Source: an uncultured virus (IMG/VR IMGVR_UViG_3300038365_000169)
Taxonomy: Duplodnaviria > Heunggongvirae > Uroviricota > Caudoviricetes
Virus record (IMG/VR): IMGVR_UViG_3300038365_000169
DNA length: 64,000 nucleotides
Direction: 5' to 3' (one strand)
Below the pieces are notes generated by a model. The model saw only the letters and a program-made list of their open reading frames with translations. It was not told the DNA's origin and did not search any database. The position numbers and the translations under genes are program-made. Every line of letters begins with the position of its first letter. The first letter of the stretch is position 1. Shown here in pieces: positions 28,266 to 38,852 of this stretch.

Positions 28266-29267
28266 TTAGAATTTGGGAGACGGGATCACAAACTCCAGCA
28301 GCTCCGTTCTGCAGGTGCCGGTCCCTCCCACCTTTTCGTGGGCCTCCCTGATGTATGCGGCAATCGATGATCCGTTGCATAACCAGTAAACAGACCCGAA
28401 TTTGTTGTTGTCCTTATACCTGAGCATGGCTTCCTCATAGTCTGCCTTTTTGTTGCTTAATTCCACCTCTATGGCAATGGAGCGTGATCTGCCCTGGTCA
28501 CGAATGACAGGTATGATTAGGTCGGGAATGTGAAACTTGAAGTCCTTTTTGACCTCCCCGGTGTTGTCCACTTTTTTTACAAGGCTGAACATGCTGAAGT
28601 CCCGTAGCTCAGACGTGAGCCTTTCGCCGTTTTTTATGCCCTCATTTATGTCATGCTCCACCTGCATTATTTTGTTATATTGGCTGAATAGCTTGGGGTT
28701 TCTGAAGTCCTCCTCGCCTATGATGTTGGTGCCAGGTATCTCTCCGTCAAACCCTAGCTCGCTTATCCTTGGCATCACGGGCTCCCTGTCCAATATCTCG
28801 GAGTAGCCGGCCATAACCTCAAACATGACCAGCTCCTCGCATATGCTGTGACGTAGGGTGTTGAATGGTATGTTGCAGTACCTGTATGGTGGCTGCCTGA
28901 ACATCTGGAAAAGAGCATGGGTGGGACGCAGGTACTCCCCGGTAACCTCAGCTTCCTTCCATACTATTCCGAGTTGAACCCATTTGTCCACCATTTCGTC
29001 CACCTCTTGCTCGTTACCTGCAAGCTTAAACCCGTAGCTGTAAAACCTCCTTACAAGCCACATGGGCACAAAAAGAAACTTCATGATGACCGTAAGAACC
29101 ACTTCGTCAAAAGCTGTCAGGTCCACGCTTACCAGGGAGGTGGAGTAGGTGATAACAGCCCCATTTTTTCTTACAGAGGGTATGGACCTATGGTACCTGC
29201 TTCCCCATGTGTTATTTCTTGCGTTCCTGGTGCCTGCCAATATCTCCTCCGGACCCAAGCTTTTCAT
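28266..29267 (-). CDS. Replication-relaxation (Replic_Relax)-like protein, candidate relaxase
   Basis: wHTH-like N-part, LRH, IPDLII...IAIEVELSNK...Y...VYWLC; directly upstream of the coupling protein. Confidence 0.55.
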   Translation of the reverse strand: MKSLGPEEILAGTRNARNNTWGSRYHRSIPSVRKNGAVITYSTSLVSVDLTAFDEVVLTVIMKFLFVPMWLVRRFYSYGFKLAGNEQEVDEMVDKWVQLGIVWKEAEVTGEYLRPTHALFQMFRQPPYRYCNIPFNTLRHSICEELVMFEVMAGYSEILDREPVMPRISELGFDGEIPGTNIIGEEDFRNPKLFSQYNKIMQVEHDINEGIKNGERLTSELRDFSMFSLVKKVDNTGEVKKDFKFHIPDLIIPVIRDQGRSRSIAIEVELSNKKADYEEAMLRYKDNNKFGSVYWLCNGSSIAAYIREAHEKVGGTGTCRTELLEFVIPSPKF

Positions 29268-29283
29268 TGCACTTCACCTCCCA

Positions 29284-30129
29284 TTATACCTCCAAAGGCC
29301 CCATTTCAAGGCCGTAATAGTCCTCAGTTTCGTTCTTCTTGCGCCACTTGTCCTTCTCCCTCTGCCACTTGCGGACCAACCTTTCCTCAAAGGCCTGGTC
29401 AAGAGCTATGTTCCTCTCGCGGAGCTCCTCCATCTGCTTCTTCAGTATGTCAGCAAGCCTGCGTGTGTCGTACATGGCGTTATGTGCATGCATGTTTACG
29501 TCCAAACCGTACCTTAAACCAACATCCTCAAGGTTATGCTTTACCTTTATGCCGTCCTCCTCAAAGTGAAAAATCCTGTCCACCGTTAGGGAGTCTATAA
29601 ACAGCACATGCTTGCTCTTGGTGAAGGTCTTGAGCACATGGTTAATTTGGTCAATTTCCATCGTGCTGAGCTCAACCTCACCCTCCACATACCCTCCACC
29701 AGGTACCCCCTCAGGAACGTAACGGTTGCACATCCACTGCAGGTTGGACCGCATCATGTTTATGTCAAAGGAGCTGTTAAAAGCGCTTAAGCAGTGCACA
29801 CCGCGGTCCTCACGTCCGTCCATAAATGCCTTGATCCAGCTGTGCATATGCGCAATAACCTTTGCTGGATGGTATGAGTTAGGGCCGGTTTGAAGCATCT
29901 CAAGTGTGATGCCATGCACCTTTTGGCTCTCCTCCGGAATGGCGAACTTAACCCCCGGTACTAAGGTCCAGTTTAAAAGCTCATAAAATTCGGATGTGTC
30001 CCCATTTTGGTCGTCCCACATGACCGCGCCAATTGATATCACAAAATCCTTTTTAAAGTTAAAACCGGTGGTTTCAACGTCAAAAATTAACCAGTTCATA
30101 AAATCCTCCTCTATGTCAGGTAGGCGCAT
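29284..30129 (-). CDS. DEDDh 3'-5' exonuclease (DNA Pol III epsilon-like)
   Basis: IFDVETTG, AFNSSFD, FIDSL, HNAMYD. Confidence 0.85.
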   Translation of the reverse strand: MRLPDIEEDFMNWLIFDVETTGFNFKKDFVISIGAVMWDDQNGDTSEFYELLNWTLVPGVKFAIPEESQKVHGITLEMLQTGPNSYHPAKVIAHMHSWIKAFMDGREDRGVHCLSAFNSSFDINMMRSNLQWMCNRYVPEGVPGGGYVEGEVELSTMEIDQINHVLKTFTKSKHVLFIDSLTVDRIFHFEEDGIKVKHNLEDVGLRYGLDVNMHAHNAMYDTRRLADILKKQMEELRERNIALDQAFEERLVRKWQREKDKWRKKNETEDYYGLEMGPLEV

Positions 30130-30180
30130 TACGCCCAGCCATCAGCCTATGTAGTTTCTTTCAAGCTTTCCCTGCACTGG

Positions 30181-32118
30181 CTATGATGTGTTTACATCTG
30201 CATGTAAGCCTAAATACCTCTTGCCTATCATGCCATAAAGCAATGGGTCATACTCCCAAGGTAGTAACTTGTTTCGACCATACCTATTAGTATACCCACC
30301 ATTAATAATAATGAAATCTCTTATAAGATAAGTGTTAAAGTTGGAATTAACATAAATATTAAAAGGTACACAAAAAGCAGAATGCCTTACCCTGTCAATC
30401 AAAGCTTTTTGAACCAAAAGATACATTTTGATAATTTTGACGTAAAGACTGGCATCAGCATTCTTAACATGAAATAGGCTTTGGTAGTATGAAATGGGCT
30501 TCGCTAACCCGTTCTCGTTAAGATGACCCTCACGCTTTAACCGTGCATACACGCGCTTGAACCTGCAGGCGTATGATAGAATGGTGTGGTCATCTGAGGA
30601 CCTGTAGCTGGGCACCATCCAAATGGTGCGGATGCTGGAAGCTTCTGCCGCATCACTTATGCCAGTGGTGGATGCAGGGATGGATTTTGTCGCTCTCCAT
30701 TCCCTTATGCTTCCATAGAGGCGAAAGTGTGTTAAATACAATGCAGAACATACAGCATGATAAAGATCATCAAGTCCATGGTCTTCCTGAAACCATTTCT
30801 CAAGGTTTAACTTTATCCAGTCCAATGATTCGTTCGTAACCAAGCTGCGAACGTTCTCAAGAATGTTGAAGCCGCCCAAATGTAAAAATATGTTTGCAAG
30901 AGCGGTCTCAGCAGAGTTTTCCTCATACAGTGGTACCCTTATGGTGTGCTCCTTGACAGGCTCGCTTCTCTTATGCCCCACAAATTTTATCTCTGCAAAT
31001 TTGCCCATTTTGTCCATGCTCATGCCCTTAAATGCGTCAAAAAATTCCCGGTTTAGCGGCTGAAAGTTCAACTTGAACACCCTGCTGTCACCAGCATCAA
31101 AGGCCTCTGGTTCTAAACCGCCTGACTCCCTCCAGCTGACAACTGAGTCCCTGGTGCTTTCGAACTCCTCACGGGACATAGGCTCCTGAATGTCGCATTG
31201 GTCAAATAGCTGGCTTGAAACCACCCTTTCATACTCTAACTCCCGTATGCTGTCAATGCCTAAAGCGCATAGATAGTTGAACAACGTGACATTTCTGCTC
31301 CCGCACTTTATGGCGTTCCAGTTGATGTTTCGCTTGCTTTTGAAGCCCCCTTGGCGTTTAAATGTGTTTAAATTCATGTACCAGTTTACCAACCTGCGGT
31401 TGTAGCGCTGCATGGTTTTGCATAGGTTTCTCTCTAGATGCTCCCCGGCCTTTAGGGATAGAACCCTCTCCACATGCTCGCGTTCAAACCCAGCAGCTAC
31501 CGCTAGGTCAAACAGTGACAGTGGCTTCTGCTCAAATTTTTCCACCTTAAATAGCTCGCTGCGGTAGTTTTTGAACATATGACCCTTAAAGTTTGGATCC
31601 GCACCAACCATCCTGGTGACAGCCAAACGTGCCTGATGGTAGAGTGCCACACGTTCCACAAACTGGGACTGTAAGCTTTCCGCCAACTCGTACACCAGCT
31701 GTGCTCCCCACCTCTTGGGTAGCTTTACCTCATCACCCTTGGTGAAGTACCTGCCAACCTCGAAGTCCGTAAATTCTGTGCGGTTTTTGATGACATACTT
31801 GGGCTTTCCAAGAAGAGCCTCTATCCTGTTAATTCCGCTTTGAAGCATGCCCTCCAGCTCTAGGTCAGTTTTGCCCTTTACATGCTCCTCGTCAAAGTCA
31901 AAGTCAAAAACAACCTCATTGGTGAACCATAAGTGGGTTCTCTCGTACTGTATGTTTCCGTTCTCATCCTTAACCATCTTGGACATGAACACACGGCTCT
32001 CCACAGCATAGTACTGCTCTAGATGGCTGTAATGGTTGAAGGCAACAGGATGCCTGAATATTCTGTCGCTCTTGCTGTTCATTACGTCACGTGTTGCTAT
32101 ATAGCTGACATTTTCCAT
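30181..32118 (-). CDS. Putative AEP-superfamily replicase/Rep with PriCT-1-like domain
   Basis: VVFDFDFD acidic motif; GSRNVTLFNYL PriCT-like motif. Confidence 0.45.
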   Translation of the reverse strand: MENVSYIATRDVMNSKSDRIFRHPVAFNHYSHLEQYYAVESRVFMSKMVKDENGNIQYERTHLWFTNEVVFDFDFDEEHVKGKTDLELEGMLQSGINRIEALLGKPKYVIKNRTEFTDFEVGRYFTKGDEVKLPKRWGAQLVYELAESLQSQFVERVALYHQARLAVTRMVGADPNFKGHMFKNYRSELFKVEKFEQKPLSLFDLAVAAGFEREHVERVLSLKAGEHLERNLCKTMQRYNRRLVNWYMNLNTFKRQGGFKSKRNINWNAIKCGSRNVTLFNYLCALGIDSIRELEYERVVSSQLFDQCDIQEPMSREEFESTRDSVVSWRESGGLEPEAFDAGDSRVFKLNFQPLNREFFDAFKGMSMDKMGKFAEIKFVGHKRSEPVKEHTIRVPLYEENSAETALANIFLHLGGFNILENVRSLVTNESLDWIKLNLEKWFQEDHGLDDLYHAVCSALYLTHFRLYGSIREWRATKSIPASTTGISDAAEASSIRTIWMVPSYRSSDDHTILSYACRFKRVYARLKREGHLNENGLAKPISYYQSLFHVKNADASLYVKIIKMYLLVQKALIDRVRHSAFCVPFNIYVNSNFNTYLIRDFIIINGGYTNRYGRNKLLPWEYDPLLYGMIGKRYLGLHADVNTS

Positions 32119-32140
32119 CCTGCTGACCTCCTTTACCCAT

Positions 32141-32368
32141 TTATTTTAGATGTTCCACTGCCCTCTGCAGCAGGGTCTCCACCGGCTCAAGCATCTCCTC
32201 AAGCTCAAAATGAACCTTTTTCATGATTTCGTTCTCCACCCTTAGAAAATAGTCATATCCGTTTGAACCGCTGGATTGTACAACAGCCTTTACTCCGTCG
32301 CATTTCAACAAAAGGTCGTATAACTTGCGGCCGTTCATGTCCATTATTTGGTATTGGTTTTTGGCCAT
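32141..32368 (-). CDS. Hypothetical protein
   Basis: 75 aa, GGGAGG RBS. Confidence 0.55.
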   Translation of the reverse strand: MAKNQYQIMDMNGRKLYDLLLKCDGVKAVVQSSGSNGYDYFLRVENEIMKKVHFELEEMLEPVETLLQRAVEHLK

Positions 32369-32380
32369 ATCAAACCCTCC

Positions 32381-33127
32381 CTATGCATCTACCTTAAGGA
32401 CAGCTTGGCAAAATACACCATGAAGTGCGCCTAAATGTTCGTATGTTTCCGCCGGCTTGCGGTCCAAACTTAGCCTTTTCTTGGGGAATTTTTCCTCTAA
32501 AAGAGGTAATGATGCGATCCATTCGTCCTGCAGGGGAAGCCCAAGTTCCCCATGAAACTTCATTACAGCTCCATTGTACTCCTCCCGATGCTCGTTGTTC
32601 AGCATGGGTCTTACCTCTGTGCAGTATGGGTCAAGGCTTTCATTGCTGATGCCCTTTAGTACCTCACTGGCTGCCTTATAGCCCTGTACCGCCTGATCTA
32701 GTGTGATTTCGCTCTCTAGCTCAACAAGCCCCATATGGGAGCGGAAAGCGTCCCCATACTCCTTTGAGGATGGTAAGCATGGTTGCTGCCTGTAGAATGA
32801 GCTGTTGCTTTCTGCCCATTTTTTCTTCATGGACTCAAGTTCGACAATTTTGACCCTAAAAACCTCTGCATATAGAGCCTTAGCCTTCTCAACCACAGCA
32901 GGAGGTACGCCAAAACCCTCAGAGAGCCTTATCACATCATTTTTCTTGTCCAAACGCTCTATCTGCTGCTGAAACCACTCCTTGGCGAGGTTGGCAAAAA
33001 CATAGGCCATATATGGGTCATATGCATCACCTTGGACAAATTTGCCCAAAAATTCGTTAATGTTGGAATTATCGCTCAAAGCATTCATGTTGCTCTTAAC
33101 CTCCTCAATCCCTCCATGATCGGTCAC
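32381..33127 (-). CDS. Hypothetical protein
   Basis: Long ORF co-oriented with neighbours; start probably at MNALS behind GAGGAGG. Confidence 0.6.
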   Translation of the reverse strand: MTDHGGIEEVKSNMNALSDNSNINEFLGKFVQGDAYDPYMAYVFANLAKEWFQQQIERLDKKNDVIRLSEGFGVPPAVVEKAKALYAEVFRVKIVELESMKKKWAESNSSFYRQQPCLPSSKEYGDAFRSHMGLVELESEITLDQAVQGYKAASEVLKGISNESLDPYCTEVRPMLNNEHREEYNGAVMKFHGELGLPLQDEWIASLPLLEEKFPKKRLSLDRKPAETYEHLGALHGVFCQAVLKVDA

Positions 33128-33219
33128 TGAAAGTGTAACCGATCGCCTTATGCAAATTGCTGTTTGGCAGGAGCCTGATGCTAGTCAGACTCCCACTTTA
33201 TCCTTAACTTTATCAGCTG

Positions 33220-33450
33220 CTAGGCCCGCATACCCTCCAGACAGTTAAATACCTGCCCGTCCTCTGCAAACCTGAACTGCACCCTGTTTATACCGTTCTC
33301 TGTTGTGGTCATCAGAACGCAGCCATCCTCGTCGTAAAATTCTGTGGTTTCGCCGAATGTTTCGTAGCCGGCGCACTTCCTGTAGATGCTTACGATGTTG
33401 CTGATAAACTCATTATCAACGCTTTTGTTTTCTACCATCATGTTTTGCAT
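33220..33450 (-). CDS. Hypothetical protein
   Basis: 76 aa, AAAGGTGG RBS. Confidence 0.5.
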   Translation of the reverse strand: MQNMMVENKSVDNEFISNIVSIYRKCAGYETFGETTEFYDEDGCVLMTTTENGINRVQFRFAEDGQVFNCLEGMRA

Positions 33451-33563
33451 GGTTTAGCCACCTTTCTTCTTCATATATGAACCTCCATTCATTTTCCGCA
33501 CGCCCTCCAGCAATGCGGGTTATTTTGAGAATCACCTTACGATGTTATTATATGTTTCTGCTG

Positions 33564-34172
33564 TCATGACATCATGATCATGTAGGGCATCATGACAGAG
33601 ATCGGCATGAACATCGGAATGATGGAAATTTTTGTACCTTTCACCAGGTCCCTAATCTTCTGCTTACCGATGATCACCCTTTTCATCACCATGAACATGA
33701 ATATGATCAAGTAAACTATGGCACCCATCAGCAAGAAACCCAAGGATTTATACCAAAACGCGGTAATTCTTATTGTTACGGTCTCAGGCGGCAAAATGGT
33801 CCACAGCCAGACGGAGTAGCAGATCCCCATGGACGCCAACGCGGTCAGCAAATCAATGTCTGCCTTACCCATGAATTTATCCTTATTGAGCTTAATGTTA
33901 ATGAACAGCATGAAGAACCAAAGCGGAATGGAGATCGCAAGGTACCATTTCATAGCCTTAAGGTCATTGCAGTTATAGAACAGGGAAACAATGAGCGGGC
34001 AGACAATGGTCAAACCCGACGCAATCAGCATCTTCCAGAAGGTCACAGACCTCCTTTTGATATCTATGATGGACACCCAAAGCAAGCCAGCAAAGATTAT
34101 AACCATCGCAATGGTCACAGCGGTGGCTCTGGGCGCATTCGTTTGAAACATTTGGATCAAGCCATCAAACAT
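33564..34172 (-). CDS. A24-family prepilin peptidase (TadV/CpaA-like)
   Basis: Polytopic membrane protein; SIIDIK and MGKADIDLL catalytic Asp motifs; IPMF..I C-terminus. Confidence 0.75.
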   Translation of the reverse strand: MFDGLIQMFQTNAPRATAVTIAMVIIFAGLLWVSIIDIKRRSVTFWKMLIASGLTIVCPLIVSLFYNCNDLKAMKWYLAISIPLWFFMLFINIKLNKDKFMGKADIDLLTALASMGICYSVWLWTILPPETVTIRITAFWYKSLGFLLMGAIVYLIIFMFMVMKRVIIGKQKIRDLVKGTKISIIPMFMPISVMMPYMIMMS

Positions 34173-35412
34173 GCTTTCCTCCCTCCTTCTTGTATAAATT
34201 TACTAACTGTGATATATGTGTGACCTCCCTGCCGTCCAGGGTGCCGTTGTTAATTTTGCCGTTTAAACGTATCTCACCCTTTGCTTTGACCACCTCTGAT
34301 TTGCCGTAGTATGAGCTTAATATGCTGTTGGCCATGGCTAGCTCCACAGATATGTCGTCAGTGTAAAGCCCGTTGCTGACCGCTACATATATGTCCTTGG
34401 CATTCAGATTTAGCCTGCTGTAGTATGAGAGTATCCCCACCAGCTGAATTAACCTGTTTTGGTTGTATCCGTTGCTCTTCCTCATGCCAAATGAGCTCTG
34501 TGAGTCTGCTACCAGAGCCTCAATGGCTATGGTCATCACCTTATGGCCGAATCTGGTCTCGGTGTATGTGGCACCAACCTCACTTTCGGGGTTCATATGG
34601 TCCACATCTACCTCAACAAAGCCGTCAGCTCTGTGCTGAAATACCGCAACAGAGCCAATCTCGCCGTACCTGTTCTTGGATGATGTTGCTATGATGTTGG
34701 AGGAAACCTCAGAACGCTCCAAATGCATCACAGTGTCCACTATGTGTATGATGGAGTTCATACCGGTGATTTCCCCCGCTCTGGTTACCTGGCTGGTGAT
34801 GACCGCCACCTTGTTCGTCTCCTTCACCACCTTGGTGATTTGGTTGGCGAATTTGGCCACAATGGCGTAGCCAACACCAAATTCGATTCCGTTCAAGGAG
34901 TCCACAATTACAAGCCTGCCGTCAAAGGTTCTGATTGCCTCCAAAATGGCCTGGATGCTGGTGCTGTTCATGATGCGCACCCTTCTGTTTGCCTTGATGC
35001 GTAGCGCGCGTTGGTTCACCTGCTTGAAGTTTTCCTCCGTGCTGATGTAGAGCGTTCCCTCGTCAGCTATGGACATGCACAGGGTGCTTTTGCCGACCCC
35101 GGGTGATGCCCCCATTAGGCAAACTTGGGCCTCCACAAACCCCTTGGCGGAGGATATGATGGCGTTCAAGCCGGGGTAGCGGGTTGCAACCACCGCTTCC
35201 TCCTCAGCTTCGTCAGGATTGATGGAACGAATTTCGTTAACTATGGGAGGTCCGTTGTACTCGAATCCAACCTGATGAAATGCATTGTTGGTTTGGCTGT
35301 TAGGTTCATCTTCTGATACCTCTACTCCAGTTCCATCCCTGCACTTTGGGCAAAGACCAAAATATCTTGGTTGCTCATAGCTGCAAATATCGTTATTGCA
35401 TCTCCAACTCAT
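34165..35412 (-). CDS. radA: DNA repair protein RadA/Sms
   Basis: C4 zinc finger, GASPGVGKSTL, STEE, VDS, KNRYG, Lon-like C-terminus. Confidence 0.88.
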   Translation of the reverse strand: MSWRCNNDICSYEQPRYFGLCPKCRDGTGVEVSEDEPNSQTNNAFHQVGFEYNGPPIVNEIRSINPDEAEEEAVVATRYPGLNAIISSAKGFVEAQVCLMGASPGVGKSTLCMSIADEGTLYISTEENFKQVNQRALRIKANRRVRIMNSTSIQAILEAIRTFDGRLVIVDSLNGIEFGVGYAIVAKFANQITKVVKETNKVAVITSQVTRAGEITGMNSIIHIVDTVMHLERSEVSSNIIATSSKNRYGEIGSVAVFQHRADGFVEVDVDHMNPESEVGATYTETRFGHKVMTIAIEALVADSQSSFGMRKSNGYNQNRLIQLVGILSYYSRLNLNAKDIYVAVSNGLYTDDISVELAMANSILSSYYGKSEVVKAKGEIRLNGKINNGTLDGREVTHISQLVNLYKKEGGKHV

Positions 35413-37481
35413 GGTAGCTTGATCACCTCCATCTCCTTTATGTCAAAGTCGTAGATAAAAATTTCACCGCGCTTCTTGATGAATGGCGAGTACACCAACG
35501 TCATCTTAACCAGTGAGTTTTTAACCAGCCTTCTGGCGTCCTCCACGAGAGGGCCGGTGGCGTATAAGATGTCTGAACAGTTGTTAAAGTGGAGGGTTAG
35601 CTTCACAGACCTGCCGTTGCCGTAGGTGAATGAGTCCTCCACCAGGGCATAGATGTCATAAAATGTGTTCCTTCTTTCATCAGAATAGTACTCCCTCATG
35701 TAGCTCTTTAGATGGTTGCACATCAGGTCGTATGCCTTCTCACCCCTGCCATTCTCATATGCCTTGCTTTTGATGTTGTTTAGCTGTGTTTCAAGCATGC
35801 TGTAGTCAATGTCCGGTAGGTCCGAAAGTAGGCCGTTTCTGACAGCTTTGAACTTTTTAAGGTCATATCCCACCTTTTGGGCACGTACCTCATCGTTGCT
35901 CTCTGGGTAAAAGAACACTGAGTTGGGCTCACCGCGTGCGCGACGAACTTTTACCTCTATGACCCCCTTTTCGTTCTTGCTCCAGTCAACTATGCCCTCG
36001 CAAAGCTTTAATCCGTCCAAAATTTGCTCCAACCTGTTGAACTTGACCCCAGGAGGCTCCATAAATAGTGCCTGCTTCTTGGCCTTGGATAGAAGTGTGG
36101 TGGCAAGCTCCGCTAGACCCAGCCTGTTGCCGCTTAGCCTGTCACATACGCCCTGATATATCAGGTTGGCAACAGGTATCTCTTCATCAAAAAGAAATGA
36201 AACATAGCTGTCAAAACTTTTTTCAGCCTCTATTGGTATCCAGAGGGTTGCGCGCTTATGCCCGTTATGCTCCTCCTCGGTGATTTTAAACCTCTTTTCC
36301 CCCATTGTTTCAATGTTGGGGTAGTTCATACGTATGCCAAGCTCCTTGCACTTGGCCATGGCCAGCGCATAGTTTTCCTTGGTGCCGTCGTTCAAGCAGT
36401 ACTCAAGAACGTCATTTTTCTGGTAGGTCCATAGCTTGGCTGTCGCATATCCTATGATGGCATATGCAACACTATGGCTCTTGTTGAATGCATAGTGCGC
36501 GAAACCGGCTAATGCCTCCCAAACCTTCTCGGGGTCGCCAGCTTGGTTCCAGTTCCTGATGAAGGGTTCCTTCCACTGTGCCAGAATTTCGTCATCCTTC
36601 TTGCCCATGGCCCTTCTGATCTCATCAGCTTCCGTCATGGTGAAGTTGGCGCAGTCCTGACATATTCTCATTACGTCCTCCTGGAATATAACCAGGCCAA
36701 CGTGCTCCTCACCAAATGCCTTCTTCAGCACCACAGAAAGAATTTTCTCCTCATCCGTGAACTGTGGGTCCTCACCGGTCTTTATCCTGATGTACTTCTC
36801 CACAAAGCCGGCCTCAATGGGACCGGGTCGCCAGAGTGCTATGATGTCAGCAATTGCAAGTATGTTCCTGGGCTGGGTGCTGACCGCAATTCTGTTCATC
36901 CCGGGTGAGCCCATTTGGAAAACAAAATCGTTATCACCATTGCATATGGTCTGGTAGACGTTTGGGTCATGAACGTCATTCCAGTCATAGTCAATGCCGT
37001 AAAAATGCTGTATCATGTCCATCGTGGTGACGGTTAGTATGTCATATTTGATGTACCCAAACTTTTCCAGGTCTGAACCGTTAAACATGACGGTGCCGTC
37101 ACGAACAGGTACCGGCGCCTCTCCATCTATCATGATGACGCCAGATGCAGCTGTGGACTTGTTGTATGGTATTTTGTTGTACCTGTAGCAGAAGCCCATC
37201 TTGGCCTCCACCATGTCCCAGTGGTCCTCCCAGTCGAACTCGAACATCTCGCAGGCACCCTTTAACCATCCGGTGTAGGTTTTTTCCTCCAATTTGTCCG
37301 AAAACTCCTTGGTGATGCGGTTTACATCCTCATATGCTATGCCGTACCACTTCGCAACATTCTTGAAAAGTACCAAGGTGGTGGCGCGTACCTCATTCTG
37401 GATGTATCCTGCAAAGGTAAAGTCCCCACGCTCCACCAGCTTGTTCATTATCATGTTCCTGGATGACTCCATGCACTTCAC
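35409..37481 (-). CDS. dnaE: DNA polymerase III alpha, C-terminal fragment
   Basis: AASGV, IKYDIL, VFQM, ALWRPGP, IFQEDVM, ADEIRRAMGKK, YAFNKSHSVAY. Confidence 0.9.
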   Translation of the reverse strand: MKCMESSRNMIMNKLVERGDFTFAGYIQNEVRATTLVLFKNVAKWYGIAYEDVNRITKEFSDKLEEKTYTGWLKGACEMFEFDWEDHWDMVEAKMGFCYRYNKIPYNKSTAASGVIMIDGEAPVPVRDGTVMFNGSDLEKFGYIKYDILTVTTMDMIQHFYGIDYDWNDVHDPNVYQTICNGDNDFVFQMGSPGMNRIAVSTQPRNILAIADIIALWRPGPIEAGFVEKYIRIKTGEDPQFTDEEKILSVVLKKAFGEEHVGLVIFQEDVMRICQDCANFTMTEADEIRRAMGKKDDEILAQWKEPFIRNWNQAGDPEKVWEALAGFAHYAFNKSHSVAYAIIGYATAKLWTYQKNDVLEYCLNDGTKENYALAMAKCKELGIRMNYPNIETMGEKRFKITEEEHNGHKRATLWIPIEAEKSFDSYVSFLFDEEIPVANLIYQGVCDRLSGNRLGLAELATTLLSKAKKQALFMEPPGVKFNRLEQILDGLKLCEGIVDWSKNEKGVIEVKVRRARGEPNSVFFYPESNDEVRAQKVGYDLKKFKAVRNGLLSDLPDIDYSMLETQLNNIKSKAYENGRGEKAYDLMCNHLKSYMREYYSDERRNTFYDIYALVEDSFTYGNGRSVKLTLHFNNCSDILYATGPLVEDARRLVKNSLVKMTLVYSPFIKKRGEIFIYDFDIKEMEVIKLP

Positions 37482-37540
37482 CCCTTTCTTAATTTAGTCG
37501 AGCATGCATTAGCTCTTGTAAACTTATTGTTGCACTTCTT

Positions 37541-37560
37541 CCCTTATATTAAGCAGGTTT
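37541..37560 (-). promoter_or_regulatory. Conserved upstream motif AAACCTGCTTAATATAAGGG (candidate element-specific promoter)
   Basis: Near-identical copies at about 60497, 54894, 18519 and 13902, all just upstream of minus-strand genes. Confidence 0.6.
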
Positions 37561-37577
37561 ACTGCCTAGCTCTATGC

Positions 37578-38852
37578 TTAGGGATTAGCAATTGATGAAA
37601 AGTCCAAGTCAATGTCAGGATAACCTGGTCTGCCTGGGTTAAGAAATCTTTCGAAGTATAACCCGTACTCCAATGGGTCAATTTTGGTGATTCCCAGAAG
37701 GTTGCATATTTCGCTGCCCGCGCCGGAGCCACGGCCTGGTCCGCATAAAATGCCAAGCTCCCTTGCAACATTGATAATGTTCAAAACCTTGATGAAGTAC
37801 TGGCTGAAGCCCTTGCTGTTTATCACCTCAAGCTCATATTCGTACCTTTCAAGGCTTTCCTGTTCCCTCTCGGTGCCCTTTCTGAGATGCTCCCAGCCCT
37901 CATTACAAAGCCTTCTTAGCTCCTCCTCGCAGTTTATCAAAGGCTTGGCATGTGGAAAGTCAAAGCTGTCACACATCCCTTCCACAATTTTGATGTTTTC
38001 CAGCGCTTGGTCCAAATAGGGTACAATTCTGTCATCCTGAACTAGGCCGTAAAATTCGCTTTCATCCATCATGTGGCAGTTTTCCCGAAAGCTCTCTATT
38101 GCTTTGGCTGCAAATATGTTGCAGAAAAGTCTGTAGTCCATCTTGTCGATCTTGTTCACATACCTGCAGTCGTTCACAGCAACCAAAGGAATGCTTAAGC
38201 TGAGGAAGAGCTCCACCATCTCAAGGGATGTGTCAATCTCCACCTTGCCGAATAGATTGTCCCCGAATGCTTCTAGGTACCCCTCAAGTGCAAGCTTGGC
38301 ACCATTCTGATTCCCATGTGACATCATGTATTGAAGGTCACTGTCATAACCACCTGCTAAACAGACCAATCCGTTGGCATGGTCAAAAATGTCCTGCTTT
38401 AGTGACAGATACTCGTCGTCAAACATGAATGACTGGCTGTTGTAAATTTCAAATAAATTCTTGAGTCCGCTCATATTTCTGGCCAATAATGTGACCACAT
38501 GAAACGGCACTGGGTCCACTGTCTCTAGCTCCTGAAGCTCCCTTTGGATCCTTATTTTGTCCTCATCCGTTGTTCGCTTCAGGTTCATTTCGTTGTTTAA
38601 AGCCCTTTTACGCTCTAAAACAGCGTATGAGGATATTTCGTCCCCAGGATGCATCATGGCGTCCAAACCCTGAATGAACTTCATGCCGGCCTTTTTGGCC
38701 ACCATTGCGCCCTTTATGCACTCCGTTAGGCTGTTTTGGTCCGTGATGCAGAAAGCGGTCTCCCCCATTTCCTGGGACCTTTTGGCTATCTGCTCCACAT
38801 ATGCTATGGATTGCTTGTAGCTGTACACGCTATGACAGTTTAAATGTAGCAT
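37578..38852 (-). CDS. dnaE: DNA polymerase III alpha, N-terminal fragment (PHP domain and first palm motif)
   Basis: HLNCHSVYS, ITD, GPGRGSGAGS, LYFERFLNPGRPGYPDIDLDF then stop. Confidence 0.9.
   Translation of the reverse strand: MLHLNCHSVYSYKQSIAYVEQIAKRSQEMGETAFCITDQNSLTECIKGAMVAKKAGMKFIQGLDAMMHPGDEISSYAVLERKRALNNEMNLKRTTDEDKIRIQRELQELETVDPVPFHVVTLLARNMSGLKNLFEIYNSQSFMFDDEYLSLKQDIFDHANGLVCLAGGYDSDLQYMMSHGNQNGAKLALEGYLEAFGDNLFGKVEIDTSLEMVELFLSLSIPLVAVNDCRYVNKIDKMDYRLFCNIFAAKAIESFRENCHMMDESEFYGLVQDDRIVPYLDQALENIKIVEGMCDSFDFPHAKPLINCEEELRRLCNEGWEHLRKGTEREQESLERYEYELEVINSKGFSQYFIKVLNIINVARELGILCGPGRGSGAGSEICNLLGITKIDPLEYGLYFERFLNPGRPGYPDIDLDFSSIANP

Noticed and set aside
37482..37577. Split intein or intron joining the dnaE halves
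   Set aside because: No HINT motifs at either end; the gap is short and contains a promoter-like motif and an RBS
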